From an uncultured Gammaproteobacteria bacterium (GTDB lineage: Bacteria > Patescibacteriota > Patescibacteriia > Patescibacteriales > XYC2-FULL-47-12): a stretch of 32,685 bases of DNA. Of this stretch, positions 8,927 to 16,858 are shown piece by piece. The notes below the pieces were generated by a model. That model saw only the letters and a list, made by a program, of their open reading frames with translations, had not been told where the DNA came from and searched no databases. Location of the stretch: assembly GCA_964413295.1 (NCBI GenBank), contig CAYPRN010000003.1:1-32685 (forward strand), read 5' to 3'. A program made the translations under genes and the position numbers. Within the stretch, counting starts at the first letter, position 1; every line of letters starts with the position of its first letter.

Positions 8927-8983
8927 CGAAAGCCCCACCCAAGGCGGGCAAGGCAGCAGATTTACTTGTCCGCTTTGGGTGGA
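8927..8983. repeat. direct repeat L flanking the GIY-YIG gene (contains tRNA-Tyr anticodon-arm fragment)
   Basis: CGAAAGCCCCACCCAAGGCGGGCAAGGCAGCAGATTTACTTGTCCGCTTTGGGTGGA is about 90% identical to 9297..9351. Confidence 0.75.
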
Positions 8984-9027
8984 CAGTCTGCTTAGTTATC
9001 CGTCCGCTTTGGGTAGAACCGTTTTTT

Positions 9028-9288
9028 TTATTTTAATTTATTCATTGTGTTTTTAAGTAAAAATTTTAATCTATCTCTACCTTTTCCTGATTTTAAAAAT
9101 TTTTCTTCATTTAGGGCATCAGTCTGATCGTTAAAAATTTCATAATAAACTAATTTCCACGGAATGCCATGAGATGTGAATTTATTATAACCACAATTAT
9201 GCTCTTGTAATCTACTTTGTAAATTACTAGAATATCCAATATACTTTTTATTTAATTTTTTACTAAAAATTATATATACGTAATGCAT
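9028..9288 (-). CDS. GIY-YIG nuclease family protein (stand-alone URI domain)
   Basis: 86 aa. YVYIIFSKKLNKKYIGYSSNLQSRLQEHN contains the GIY..YIG..R..H/N motifs. Confidence 0.8.
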   Translation of the reverse strand: MHYVYIIFSKKLNKKYIGYSSNLQSRLQEHNCGYNKFTSHGIPWKLVYYEIFNDQTDALNEEKFLKSGKGRDRLKFLLKNTMNKLK

Positions 9289-9296
9289 AAATAAAG

Positions 9297-9351
9297 CGAA
9301 GCCCCGCCCAAGGCGGGCAGGCAGCAGATTTACTTGTCCACTTTAGGTAGA
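9297..9351. repeat. direct repeat R flanking the GIY-YIG gene
   Basis: GCGAAGCCCCGCCCAAGGCGGGCAGGCAGCAGATTTACTTGTCCACTTTAGGTAGA. It is followed at 9352..9390 by a tRNA-Tyr 5' fragment that carries an inserted mini-hairpin. Confidence 0.75.
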
Positions 9352-9525
9352 GCCACTTGAGTACTTGTCCGCCTTGGGCGGACCGACCCCATGCCTTTGC
9401 AAAGCAAAGGAAATAATAAATTCTAAATATCAAACAACAAATAAATTATAAATTATAAAATTTAAAAACACTTTAGAATTTATAATTTCTTTGGAATTTA
9501 CTATTTACTATTTGTGATTTACGCC

Positions 9526-10398
9526 CTAAAGCACGTCCATCTGTTTCTTCATCTCAGGCAATCTCTGATTTTCTGGATTAATTGTCTTCATTATTTTATA
9601 AGCATCTAAAGCGTCTGCCTTATCCTTAATTAGTATACTTAAATTAAACATTGCGTCAAGGTACTTAGGATTTTTAGGTTCAATTTTTAGCGCTTGCTTA
9701 ATTGCTTTCATTGCTTCTTTATTGTCACCTGAAGATTGATAGATTTCTGCTAAATTTAAATAATTTTTTCCATTTTCATTATTTAACTGAATAGAACGTA
9801 AATAATATTCTTTAGATTTCTTTAAATTCCCCTTATCTTTAGTAATATCCGCCAAATTACCATAAACTTCAGCGTCTTCTTCGGTAAGTTTTAGAACATG
9901 TTCTAAAGTTGATTTTGCTTCTTCAGTTTTATCTATTTCTAAATATAATAATCCCAACTTCTTGAAAGCTTCAATATTTTTACTATCTAAACTTATTATT
10001 TTAATATAGCATTTTTCTGCTTCTTCATAAGCTTCTTTACGTTTGAATTCTTCAGCGGATGAAAAAAAATCATCAAGTTCATCTACACTTCCTTGTTTAA
10101 TATCAGAAGTGCGCGCATAATGTTCCTTTAAATTAATTAATTTATCATACGCTTGTTTAATATAACTACTAATCCAGTTAGTAACTGGTTTTATAAAACG
10201 TTGGATTGACACCCGCCCACGATTTAAATTTCGTTTTAGTCGATTATGAATAATCTGCTGTTTAACACGTTTTTCTTTTTCTTGAGGAATAGACTCAACA
10301 TCCAAGCTTACTACTGCTGGAAATTTTTTACTTACTATATAAATAATAACTCCGCCGGAAATTAATATTAAAATAAGAGGAATAATATTGTATAACAT
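9526..10398 (-). CDS. TPR repeat protein with N-terminal membrane anchor
   Basis: 290 aa. N-terminal TM helix, then several 34-aa TPR-like units (AEKCYIKIISLDSKNIEAFKKLGLLYLE, etc.). Confidence 0.7.
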   Translation of the reverse strand: MLYNIIPLILILISGGVIIYIVSKKFPAVVSLDVESIPQEKEKRVKQQIIHNRLKRNLNRGRVSIQRFIKPVTNWISSYIKQAYDKLINLKEHYARTSDIKQGSVDELDDFFSSAEEFKRKEAYEEAEKCYIKIISLDSKNIEAFKKLGLLYLEIDKTEEAKSTLEHVLKLTEEDAEVYGNLADITKDKGNLKKSKEYYLRSIQLNNENGKNYLNLAEIYQSSGDNKEAMKAIKQALKIEPKNPKYLDAMFNLSILIKDKADALDAYKIMKTINPENQRLPEMKKQMDVL

Positions 10399-10401
10399 AA
10401 A

Positions 10402-10467
10402 TTAGTTACTTAGTTAATTAGTTACTTAGTTGATAAATAAAAACTAAGTAACTAATTAACTGATTAA
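10402..10467. repeat. intercistronic word-hairpin (TTAGTTA family)
   Basis: TTAGTTACTTAGTTAATTAGTTACTTAGTT-loop-AACTAAGTAACTAATTAACTGATTAA. A small GC hairpin CCCCTGCC..GGCGGGG follows at 10468..10489. Confidence 0.65.
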
Positions 10468-10507
10468 CCCCTGCCTTTTACAGGCGGGGTAAACTAGCTA
10501 ACTATTA

Positions 10508-11377
10508 TTAGGCTTTTCCTGCCGAACCAAACAATTTAATCTTTTCTTCTACTGCTTTCTGCACTGCATCAATACTAGGAGCTAATATTTTGCGCGGATC
10601 TATTTCTGTTTTTTTATTCTTTAAAGTCTTACGAAGCGCAACTATAAACTCTTTACGCAAACGGGTATCAATATTTATAATCCTAATGCCTTGCTTGATA
10701 GCTTTTTTAATTTCTTTATTAGGAATGCCAGACGCGCCATGCATAACTAAAGGTACTTTAATTTTTTTATGAATAGCTTTAAGTCGCTTAAGTTCAATAT
10801 GTTCATCGCCGACAAACATGCCGTGCATATTACCTACTGATATAGCTAGGGTATCAATTTTTGCACCTCTGACAAACTCAACTACTTTATTAGGATCAGT
10901 CATATAGTCGTCAGATTTTATTTCTTTATTTTTTCTTTTTAACAAACCTTCTTTGCCTAGAATAGTTCCTAATTCTCCCTGCGCCCAAACTTTATTTTTA
11001 TGAGCATAGGTAGCTGCTTCTTTAGTTAAAGACATATTTTCATCATAGGGAAGTTCTGACCCATCAAGATGAATAGAAGAAAATCCGGCCTTAATACATT
11101 CCATTACGCTTAAAAAACTTTTGCCATGATCAAGATGTAAAGCAATTGGTACATTAATTGAATCATTCTTGGCAATCGTTTGCACAATATGAGTAATCGG
11201 CTTTAAACCTGCATATTTAATAGTACTTTCTGAAACTTGAATAATAACCGGCGCTTTTTGCGCTATGGCCGCCCTAACTATCGCTAAAGTTATTTCTAAA
11301 TTTTGAGTATTAAAGGCGCCAATGGCATAACGCTCTTTTTGCGCTTTAATTAAAAGATCTTTAATGTGAACTAACAT
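10508..11377 (-). CDS. fba: class II fructose-bisphosphate aldolase
   Basis: 289 aa. YAIGAFNTQNLE, HLDHG, MHGASG and further class II FBA/tagatose-BP aldolase motifs. Confidence 0.9.
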   Translation of the reverse strand: MLVHIKDLLIKAQKERYAIGAFNTQNLEITLAIVRAAIAQKAPVIIQVSESTIKYAGLKPITHIVQTIAKNDSINVPIALHLDHGKSFLSVMECIKAGFSSIHLDGSELPYDENMSLTKEAATYAHKNKVWAQGELGTILGKEGLLKRKNKEIKSDDYMTDPNKVVEFVRGAKIDTLAISVGNMHGMFVGDEHIELKRLKAIHKKIKVPLVMHGASGIPNKEIKKAIKQGIRIINIDTRLRKEFIVALRKTLKNKKTEIDPRKILAPSIDAVQKAVEEKIKLFGSAGKA

Positions 11378-11389
11378 AAATTTAAATTA

Positions 11390-12160
11390 CTAATTTTTAA
11401 TTATATTAATAAACTCACCTATTTTTAAGCTGGCGCCACCAATTAAAAATCCATCAATATTATCTAAGTCGCTAAAACCTTTTACATTTTCAGCATTAAC
11501 ACTACCGCCATAAATTACTCTGATTTGATTTTTCACTATATCAATGCCAAATAAATCAACTAAAACTGCATGGATAATCTCGTGCATATTTTCCGCATCT
11601 GCCGGCTCAATAACTTGCCCAGTGCCGATGGCCCAAATAGGTTCGTAAGCTACAACCAGTTGCTGTTCAGCTAAAAGACTAATACCACCGAGCGCTTGTT
11701 GCAATTGATCTGTAATTACATAATCGCGTTTATCTTCTTCTTTATCTTGCAATGTTTCGCCAATGCAAATAATCGGCGTTAAATTTTTTATCGCCAACAC
11801 TGCTTTAATTTTCTGATGAATCATCTGATAATTTTCCAACAAGTATTGACGGCGCTCGCTATGACCAATAATTACATATTCACAGCCAACTTCTGTCAAC
11901 ATACTAGCAGAAACTTCACCAGTGTAACTTCCCTTTTCTTCCCAAAAAACATTTTGCGCGCCCAATTTAATAGCGCTATCTTTTATAATTTCGCTTACAT
12001 CTTTTAGTACAATTTCCGAGGAACAAATTACAATTTCCCTGCCCGCCAAGTCGGAGGGTTTATCTTCACTTTTTATATTACTAACATATTGTCTAGCCAA
12101 TTCCAAACTCTTCTTAATCCCTAACTTCATTTTCCAATTGGCGATGATAATTTTGTTCAT
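11390..12160 (-). CDS. tpiA: triosephosphate isomerase
   Basis: 256 aa. ANWKM, IIGHSERR, AYEPIWAIGTG and YGGS motifs. Confidence 0.92.
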   Translation of the reverse strand: MNKIIIANWKMKLGIKKSLELARQYVSNIKSEDKPSDLAGREIVICSSEIVLKDVSEIIKDSAIKLGAQNVFWEEKGSYTGEVSASMLTEVGCEYVIIGHSERRQYLLENYQMIHQKIKAVLAIKNLTPIICIGETLQDKEEDKRDYVITDQLQQALGGISLLAEQQLVVAYEPIWAIGTGQVIEPADAENMHEIIHAVLVDLFGIDIVKNQIRVIYGGSVNAENVKGFSDLDNIDGFLIGGASLKIGEFINIIKN

Positions 12161-12223
12161 AAATTTATAATAAAAAAATTAAATTGTTAAATATACTGCG
12201 TTAGGCGACAGTTATGCTTATTT

Positions 12224-12898
12224 TTATTTTATAAATTTTATTTCAATTTTGGAATCAATGCAATCTTTGCTCGGAGGAGCAAGATCCAAACCATCCCTGT
12301 CTTTATCAAAAGCAAAACTACAATCTATACCTATATCTAATGTAGCTATTTTTTGTTGGGTTGGGCTATAAAGCACACTCCTTGACCCATAACTAAAAGG
12401 CGGGGAACACTGTGCTTTATTTAAATTTTCACTATTATCTATAATACTTACTGCATAGGTATAATCATTTATTTTTTTCTTTTCTCCTAAATTACATCTT
12501 AATCCATATCTATCTTTTAAAAATTGTTCTAAATCATTATCGTTTTTTATATTATCAATAATATTAATTTTTAAACCAGTCCCTTCTTCTTTCTTAATGC
12601 CAGCCAAAGTTTCTTTAACTTTTCTACATGATTTATCTGGATCTTTAACATAATAAGAAGATGCTCCGATATATAAAAAATTGTCATCTGCAAAAACTTT
12701 TAAAGGAATCACGTCATTTATTTCGCTAGTATGGCATCTATTTGCAGAATAATTTGCGTCTACATATTTAGGATAATTAATTTCAATGCCTAACTCTTCA
12801 TTGCGATAAATCTGCCAGTTATTAGCAGATTGTGTTTGCCACCACCAAAAACCTCCGCCAATAATAATTGCAAAAATTAAAATAATTATTCTTTTCAT
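12224..12898 (-). CDS. hypothetical exported protein
   Basis: 224 aa with an N-terminal anchor/signal (MKRIIILIFAIIIGGGFWWW) and several Cys residues. I recognise no family. Confidence 0.5.
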   Translation of the reverse strand: MKRIIILIFAIIIGGGFWWWQTQSANNWQIYRNEELGIEINYPKYVDANYSANRCHTSEINDVIPLKVFADDNFLYIGASSYYVKDPDKSCRKVKETLAGIKKEEGTGLKINIIDNIKNDNDLEQFLKDRYGLRCNLGEKKKINDYTYAVSIIDNSENLNKAQCSPPFSYGSRSVLYSPTQQKIATLDIGIDCSFAFDKDRDGLDLAPPSKDCIDSKIEIKFIK

Positions 12899-12900
12899 TT

Positions 12901-12931
12901 GTATATTCGTAAAAAATTCGTAATTCGTAGG
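12901..12931. repeat. 31-nt element shared with 31432..31462
   Basis: GTATATTCGTAAAAAATTCGTAATTCGTAGG versus GTATATTCGTAAAAGATTCGTAATTAGTAGG, 29/31 identical. It sits directly upstream of the ORF 12224..12898 start codon. Confidence 0.7.
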
Positions 12932-12936
12932 TATTA

Positions 12937-13422
12937 TTAAAATATTTTAAATATCCCCAAACTTCCTAATGTTATAATTACTCCCGATATTATAACCCCT
13001 GCACTAATAAATAGCAAAGCGCGCCAGGGCTTAATGCCAAATAGAAAAGATGCTATACTTCCAGTCCAGGCTCCAGTAACTGGCAAAGGAATAGCGACAA
13101 AAATCATTAAAGCTATTTCGCCCCATTTTTCATACTTTTTAGCAAACTTTCTCTCTGCCCTAGTAAAAAACCAGTCGAAAATCTTGTCAATAAAATTAGC
13201 CCGATTACTCATAAATGAATAGACTTTATTAAGACTATATACAATAATAAGAGTGGCAATAATATCGCCAATACTAGACCAAAAAATTGCTTGCCAAACA
13301 GACATTTTATAAATTCCTAGAGCAACTGGTATAGATACCCTATTTTCCGCGATCGGAATCATAGTCATTAATAAGATGGCTATTTGCGGAGGAATATCTT
13401 TAAATAATTCTATATAATTCAT
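12937..13422 (-). CDS. small multi-drug export-like membrane protein (COG2426-like)
   Basis: 161 aa, four helices. Motifs IPIAENRVSIPVALG and PLPVTGAWTGSIASFLFGI resemble that family. Confidence 0.55.
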   Translation of the reverse strand: MNYIELFKDIPPQIAILLMTMIPIAENRVSIPVALGIYKMSVWQAIFWSSIGDIIATLIIVYSLNKVYSFMSNRANFIDKIFDWFFTRAERKFAKKYEKWGEIALMIFVAIPLPVTGAWTGSIASFLFGIKPWRALLFISAGVIISGVIITLGSLGIFKIF

Positions 13423-13462
13423 GTTTAGTTGATTAGTTACTTAGTTAATCAGTTGCTTAGTT
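13423..13462. repeat. left arm of inverted repeat enclosing the four-helix-bundle gene
   Basis: GTTTAGTTGATTAGTTACTTAGTTAATCAGTTGCTTAGTT (TTAGTTA word family). It partners 13818..13860. Confidence 0.6.
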
Positions 13463-13817
13463 TTTTATTGTTTACTGATTTTTTGTTTTTTAAAAACTTA
13501 ATATAACCGTTTATACCTTTTATTAATTCAATATATTTTTCTACAGTAAAATTTTTTTGATATGCTCTTTCAATTCCACTTTTTGTTTCTTCTGCTTCAC
13601 CTCTAGCTATATATAAATGATTTATTTTTGTACCAAATGAATATTTGCCATAACTTTCTGCAATATTATTTGGCACCGAAGAAGATGATCTTTTTAATTG
13701 ATCAATACTTCTATATTTTTCTTCTTTTGGAAATTTTTCATCGCAAACTCTATAAACAAAAACTTCTAATCTAACAGCCATTTTATAAATCTTTAAATTT
13801 TCTAAACCTGTAGCCAT
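13449..13817 (-). CDS. four-helix-bundle protein (23S rRNA intervening-sequence protein family)
   Basis: 122 aa. Family hallmarks: LKIYKMAVRLEVFVYRV...FPKEEKYRSIDQLKRSSSSVPNNIAESYG...ARGEAEE. Confidence 0.8.
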   Translation of the reverse strand: MATGLENLKIYKMAVRLEVFVYRVCDEKFPKEEKYRSIDQLKRSSSSVPNNIAESYGKYSFGTKINHLYIARGEAEETKSGIERAYQKNFTVEKYIELIKGINGYIKFLKNKKSVNNKKLSN

Positions 13818-13860
13818 AACTGTGTAACTAATTAACTGTGTAACTATGTAACTAAACTAA
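13818..13860. repeat. right arm of inverted repeat enclosing the four-helix-bundle gene
   Basis: AACTGTGTAACTAATTAACTGTGTAACTATGTAACTAAACTAA, an imperfect complement of 13423..13462. Confidence 0.6.
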
Positions 13861-14816
13861 GGCCAAAGATAATTTTCAAATACCCAGCTAACTAATTCAT
13901 CTGTTTCTGTAAAACGCAAATCTACTCCACTACTGTCTAATACTACGGAAATTATTTCATGTTCATCTTGTTTGAATTGACCAGTAAAACAAAAACCGGC
14001 CACGCCTAAATACCCTGTCTTCCCACCTATAACTTCATAACCATTTTTTTGTTTTAATAACTGATCAGTGCTTTCAACTAATCGCTGTTTTCCTTGCTTT
14101 GTTTTTAAAATATATTTTTGTTGAGAAACAATTTTTTGAATTATTTCATTAGCTAATGTTTGTTCTAATAAACTAGCGACCTCTCGCGCGGTTGAAATAT
14201 TATCTGAACTTAAACCAATCGGATCAACAAAGTATGTATTCTTTAATTCCAGTTCTTCAGCTTTAATATTCATTTTTTTAACAAACTCCTGCTCGCTCAA
14301 CCCCAACGCATGTACCAAGGCAATTGTAGCTGTATTGGCTGATCCAACTAAACTGGTATTTAATAAAGTTTTTATCGTAACGCGATCACCGTCAAATAAA
14401 AAAATGCGTCCACCTTCCCGGCGATCATCTTCAGTTATCATATATTCCCGATTAAAATCAGGCGCTTGATCTAAAACCACTAAAGCAGTCATTAACTTTG
14501 TAATACTAGCAATAGATGATTGTGTATCAGAATTTTTTTCATACAATATTTTTTTACCTTCTTTATCAATAATAATTACAGATTGAGCGCTTACTTCTGG
14601 AACCTGCGCAACGTCTTGCTTAAGACGCAAAGTTAATTCACGGTCGTCACTCTTTGGTAAGGCCACGTTTTCTTGCGCGCCTTCAGCGACTTCCATTACA
14701 CCCATTACTTGCGCTTGAGTTTCATCAACATTAAAATTATCCTGTACTAAAACAAAAGGGTTTATTTGTAAAAAAAATAAGGTTGTAATTGTTATGATGG
14801 TGGTTATTATAATCAT
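13857..14816 (-). CDS. D-alanyl-D-alanine carboxypeptidase (serine peptidase S11 family)
   Basis: 319 aa. SxxK (SITK), SxN-like (SAN) and KTG (GKTGYL) motifs in the correct order. Confidence 0.8.
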   Translation of the reverse strand: MIIITTIITITTLFFLQINPFVLVQDNFNVDETQAQVMGVMEVAEGAQENVALPKSDDRELTLRLKQDVAQVPEVSAQSVIIIDKEGKKILYEKNSDTQSSIASITKLMTALVVLDQAPDFNREYMITEDDRREGGRIFLFDGDRVTIKTLLNTSLVGSANTATIALVHALGLSEQEFVKKMNIKAEELELKNTYFVDPIGLSSDNISTAREVASLLEQTLANEIIQKIVSQQKYILKTKQGKQRLVESTDQLLKQKNGYEVIGGKTGYLGVAGFCFTGQFKQDEHEIISVVLDSSGVDLRFTETDELVSWVFENYLWP

Positions 14817-14838
14817 TTTATTTTGTCATTTCTTTTTT

Positions 14839-14976
14839 TGTCATTGCGAGGCCGTAGGCCGTGGCAATCCCGTGAGGATTAAATAATGGTATTAACAAAG
14901 TATCTTATTAACACTCACGGGATTGCTTCGCTTCGTCCAGCCCCTCGCGAGGAGCTGGACTTCGCTCGCAATGACA
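14839..14976. repeat. GTCATTGCGAG...CTCGCAATGAC palindromic repeat with nested hairpin
   Basis: TGTCATTGCGAGGCCGTAGGCCGTGGCAATCCCGTGAGG ... CTCACGGGATTGCTTCGCTTCG[GTCCAGCCCCTCGCGAGGAGCTGGAC]TTCGCTCGCAATGACA. A related copy is at 19067..19151. Confidence 0.75.
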
Positions 14977-14977
14977 A

Positions 14978-15523
14978 TTAAGCTTCTCCTTTTAAAAACT
15001 TATTTATATCTTCATTGCTATGCAACTTATCATAGTCTGGCAAGTCTTTTACACTATTCATACCAAGATGCCTTAAAAAATCTAAAGTGACTGAATAATA
15101 ATTTTCCCGTTTTTTTCCATCCCGTTTCTCCGTAACCAAGCCACGCAACATTAAATTACGCATAATTAATGAACAATTAATTCCGCGAATTCTTTCTAAT
15201 TCCAATTTAGAGATCGGCCCACGATAAGCAATAATTGTCAAAGTTTCAATTGACGGCTTAGTCAACTCTCCAGTCATTTCATCTTTAATAAATTTCTGTA
15301 CTAACTCGGTTGAATCGCTATGGGTTGCTATTTGGACATGATCATCAGTTTGTAAAATTTGAATGCCTCTCTTTTGCTTTTTATAATCATCACTTAATTC
15401 TTGAACAGCCTTTTTAATATTCTGCATTTTAACTCCACTGCTAATGGTGGTAGCTATTCTTTTAAAAGCAAGTGGCTTGCCGGCAATAAACAAGAGAGAT
15501 TCTATTTGTTGTTTTAACTCCAT
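14978..15523 (-). CDS. scpB: segregation and condensation protein B
   Basis: 181 aa. IESLLFIAGKPL, TIIAYRGPISKLELERIRG and LMLRGLV motifs. Confidence 0.85.
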   Translation of the reverse strand: MELKQQIESLLFIAGKPLAFKRIATTISSGVKMQNIKKAVQELSDDYKKQKRGIQILQTDDHVQIATHSDSTELVQKFIKDEMTGELTKPSIETLTIIAYRGPISKLELERIRGINCSLIMRNLMLRGLVTEKRDGKKRENYYSVTLDFLRHLGMNSVKDLPDYDKLHSNEDINKFLKGEA

Positions 15524-15729
15524 AGTTCAAAATTTTTTGTACGGATTAAATAAATTTGCGAACCATTGATACGAATGCTTTGTGCTGATTTAATTATACA
15601 TGCAACTATCCGAATGCCACGAATCCCGAGTGCTCGGGATTATTCGCTTTGCCAGCTGGCGAATTGCAGATTTTTATCCACACCGTAGCTTTAGCGAAGG
15701 TGGAAGCATCACATTAAAATAGATTAGCA

Positions 15730-16431
15730 TCACATTCTACTAATTTGAATATCTCCAAATAAAATTTTCTGCTGGGCCGATATTGATTTTTGCTTCATTA
15801 ATTCTAATAAGGCAATAAAATTTATAATCACGTTAATTCTGTCGCCTTTTTTTTCCAACAACGAATTAAAACTGACTTGTTTTAACTTTTTTAAAGCTTC
15901 TTTGATTAAAGCAATTTTTTCATCAATGCTGATTGATTTTATAATTGTATCTTCTTCTAAAACTTCTGGCGGTTTTACCATATTAACAACTTCTTGAAAG
16001 ATTGAATGCAAAATTCCCTTACTTACATTAGGTGGCGGATAAAATACTCCTTTTTCAGAAGCAGCTAATTTAAGCATATCACGCCCATGCATAAAATTTC
16101 TTTTTTCTAATATTTTTTCAACAACCCTAGAAGCTTCTAAAAAATCTTTATAAATCTTCAGCTGATTGGCAAAATCCTGAATTTCTTCTTCATCCTCATC
16201 TTTAATTAAATATGGCAACAAAGTCTTTGACTTAATAAGCAAAAGACGGGCCGCTATTACTAAAAAGTTAGCCACCTCTTCAGGATCTATATTTTTATTA
16301 TTTTCTATGTATTGAATATACTGGTCCGCAATTTTTGCTAAACTAACCTCGGTAATGTCCAATTTTTCCTCTTCAATCATAGCCAAAAGCAAATCTAACG
16401 GACCCTCGAATTTTTCGGTATGTATGTTCAT
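15730..16431 (-). CDS. scpA: segregation and condensation protein A
   Basis: FEGPLDLLLAMIEEEKLDITEVSLAKIADQY is the ScpA N-terminus. Start moved to MNIHTEKF (16431) because the upstream 8 codons lie in the repeat arm. Confidence 0.85.
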   Translation of the reverse strand: MNIHTEKFEGPLDLLLAMIEEEKLDITEVSLAKIADQYIQYIENNKNIDPEEVANFLVIAARLLLIKSKTLLPYLIKDEDEEEIQDFANQLKIYKDFLEASRVVEKILEKRNFMHGRDMLKLAASEKGVFYPPPNVSKGILHSIFQEVVNMVKPPEVLEEDTIIKSISIDEKIALIKEALKKLKQVSFNSLLEKKGDRINVIINFIALLELMKQKSISAQQKILFGDIQISRM

Positions 16432-16471
16432 AAAAACAAGAAAACAAAAAAGCAAAAAAACAAGAAAACAA
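16432..16471. repeat. left arm of inverted repeat enclosing the second four-helix-bundle gene
   Basis: AAAAACAAGAAAACAAAAAAGCAAAAAAACAAGAAAACAA, complementary to words in 16864..16928. Confidence 0.6.
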
Positions 16472-16482
16472 TGTGTAATTTT

Positions 16483-16845
16483 TTATTTTCTCGCAACTTT
16501 ATCTAAATTATCAATCTCTTTCCAAAGCATAGCGCATAATTCTTCAGCCATCTCCAATCCTATAAGATAATTTTCTTTACTTAAATATTCTTCTATAAAA
16601 GAAAAATATAATAAATATTTTGATTCTTTCAAGGAACCGAAGGAAATCTCTAAAAAATTTAAACGTACTAATGGTTTTTTTCTAGCATAACCTTCAATAT
16701 AATTTAAAACGACTGATATAGATGCTCTGCGAATTTGTGAAACAACTCCATACAGCTCACTTTTTGGAAAATCTTTAGTAACTTTATAAACAAAATGTGC
16801 ATATTTGTCCATCTTTTCAACTAAACTTTTTTGATAACTATTCAT
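16483..16845 (-). CDS. four-helix-bundle protein (23S rRNA intervening-sequence protein family)
   Basis: From MNSYQKSLVEKMDKYAHFVYKVTKDFPKSELYGVVSQIRRASISVVLNYIEGYARK... (120 aa). The 41-codon N-terminal extension in the track is a translated repeat arm. Confidence 0.8.
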   Translation of the reverse strand: MNSYQKSLVEKMDKYAHFVYKVTKDFPKSELYGVVSQIRRASISVVLNYIEGYARKKPLVRLNFLEISFGSLKESKYLLYFSFIEEYLSKENYLIGLEMAEELCAMLWKEIDNLDKVARK

Positions 16846-16858
16846 AACAAGATTATTA

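Noticed and set aside
8918-9027. Second, intron-containing tRNA-Tyr gene.
   Set aside because: The anticodon-arm fragment is interrupted within the anticodon loop (next to G34/U35), not at the canonical 37/38 position. There is no T-arm or 3' acceptor strand. It reads as a relic rather than a functional split tRNA.
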